Shown: positions 62,571 through 64,000 of the stretch, one piece after another
How the letters are laid out: each line of letters begins with the position of its first letter
How positions within the stretch are numbered: position 1 is the first letter of the stretch
Origin: an uncultured delta proteobacterium
Lineage (GTDB): Bacteria; Myxococcota; Myxococcia; Myxococcales; Anaeromyxobacteraceae
Assembly: GCA_963828255.1 (NCBI GenBank)
Contig: CAWHDZ010000008.1
Coordinates: 64,001-128,000, forward strand
Direction: 5' to 3'
Length of the DNA stretch: 64,000 nucleotides
Notes under the pieces: model-generated
Seen by the model: the letters and a program-made list of their open reading frames with translations, nothing else
Told to the model about the DNA's origin: nothing
Database searches by the model: none
Position numbers and translations under genes: made by a program

Positions 62571-64000
62571 TCAGTCGGGGTCGCCCGCCACCGGCAACTC
62601 CACGCGGAACGTGGACCCCTGGCCCGGGCTGCTGGTGGCCGTGATGGTTCCGCCATGCGCGGTGACGATGGAATGGCAGATGGCAGGAAGCGCATGGCCT
62701 CGTCGAGCCGGCGAACGATGGTCTCCCTGTCGACCGGTCCGCCGGAACGGATCGCCTCCTTCACCGCCTCGACCTCCTCGATGGCGAACCCTTGTCCCGC
62801 CAGCTCCCCGGTGAGCGGGTTGTCGATCTCGTGGGCCACGCCTGCCACCAGCGTCCCCAGCGCGGCGAGCCGCGACGCCACCACGAGCCGTTCCTCGAGT
62901 GCCCGTTTCTCCGTGACGTCCTGGGTCATGATGAGACCGTGGGTGACAGCGCCCGACGCGTCGCGCACCGGCTCCAGGATGACGCCGACGGCGCAGTCGC
63001 GAACCTGGAATGGGCTCGCCGGGACTCCCTGGCAAGCACGGCCCGGGTCCCGTCCATCAGGACGTAGCGGAGGTCCCGGAAGAAGAGCCCCACCGCCCCG
63101 TTGGGGAAGTTCTCCATGACCGCACGCTGGAGGGCCTCGCTCCGGTGCAGGGCGTCCTCCGCCTCCTTCTGGGCCTGGATGCCGGAAATGGTCCCGGCGA
63201 TGCGGAGGGCCTTGCCGGCCGGATCGCGGGCCGATACTCCGCCGCGGCTGCGGACCCACCGACAGGTCCCGTCGGCGTGCCGGGTGCGAAACACCCGGTC
63301 GAAGTGCCCCTCCCCGCTCGCCATCACGGCCTCGTAGACCGGGCGAATCTCGCGGAGGTCGTCGGGGTGCATCCGGGCCCGCCACTCGTCGCTGCCCGCC
63401 ACCGTGTCCACGGCGGGCCGGCCGGTGATCTCGTTCATCCGGGCGCTGTGGAAAACCTTCCCGGTGACGAGGTCACGCTCCCAGTAGCCGTCGGTGCTGG
63501 CGTCGAGGACCGATTGCAGCCGCTCCCGGCTCTCGCGGAGCTCGGTGGCGATCCCCGCCTGCTCCATCTCCGCGAGGAACTGCAGGCGGCGGACGCGATG
63601 CTGCCGCCATGAGACGAAGCCGGCGGCGAGATTCGTCATCGGCAGCATGTCGCCGATCAGCAGGGCCGCGGCAGGGGGGGGTCGCGAAACGCCAGGATCC
63701 AGGCGGCCGCCCCGACTGTGATCGTTCCGGCCCCGATGGCCTGGAGGGAGAACCGGTTGGGGAGAAGCGCCCAGACGCAGACCACGAGGAACATGTCGAA
63801 CGTGACGGGAAGCAGGTAATCGGCCGGACGGGTGGACTGGATGACGACGTCGATGGTCGCGGCGGCGGCCACCCGCAGGGCGAAGAGCAGACCTCGCGTC
63901 GGCGGACCGACGAGGCGCAGGTCGTTCGAAACGGGTGCCAGGGAGGGCAGAGCCAGACCGCCAGTGATGATCGCCGCGGTGCGCCCGTCGTACCGCAGGA
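62571..64000 (-). pseudogene. Degraded membrane PAS-PAS sensor histidine kinase (5' end beyond the window)
   Basis: TM region, PAS (WRARMHPDD...RWVRSRG), truncated second PAS, HisKA (GVAHEIDNPL), then only the last HATPase strands (ICHSIVTAHGGTI...GQGSTFRVELP); breaks near 63675, 63010 and 62690. Confidence 0.82.

Overview
Very GC-rich bacterial chromosomal segment. Gene content and style suggest an Anaeromyxobacter-like Myxococcota/deltaproteobacterium (inference, not verified). About 57 intact CDS and at least four degraded loci; I found no rRNA, tRNA, CRISPR array, transposase or integrase. Main blocks, left to right: (1) a PAP2-Lgt-like fusion, a nucleotidyltransferase remnant, and an etfB-etfA-MBL-TerC-channel-like-CusF run; (2) a KaiC-like/ATP-grasp dikinase-like gene divergent from gdhA; (3) ptb-buk divergent from iorA-iorB-paaK-ACT-paaK, a Liv-type ABC transporter with two binding proteins, and a third paaK; (4) a lipoprotein-EEP lipoprotein-FadL run; (5) ygiB/ygiC-like genes, glgX, MBL hydrolase, prolyl oligopeptidase, sirtuin, slyD, SYLF protein, Omp85-like barrel, TetR, kup, mgtE; (6) a tnaA run and pyc; (7) an NhaR-like LysR regulator between htpX/Zn-ribbon and a TerC/Alx gene, with a shared operator-like motif; (8) a frameshifted cytochrome b, a Rieske protein and a multiheme-HEAT-TPR cytochrome; (9) an Lpp/OprI-like lipoprotein ending in Lys beside an ErfK/YbiS-type L,D-transpeptidase and a YafK/DpaA-like enzyme. 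The most interesting signals are block 9 (a candidate outer membrane-peptidoglycan attach/detach module), the gdhA-linked dikinase-like protein, the bc-type complex with a multiheme partner, a recurring leaderless-promoter geometry, and genes shrunk by multiple internal deletions. All family calls come from motif recognition by eye; no database searches were run.
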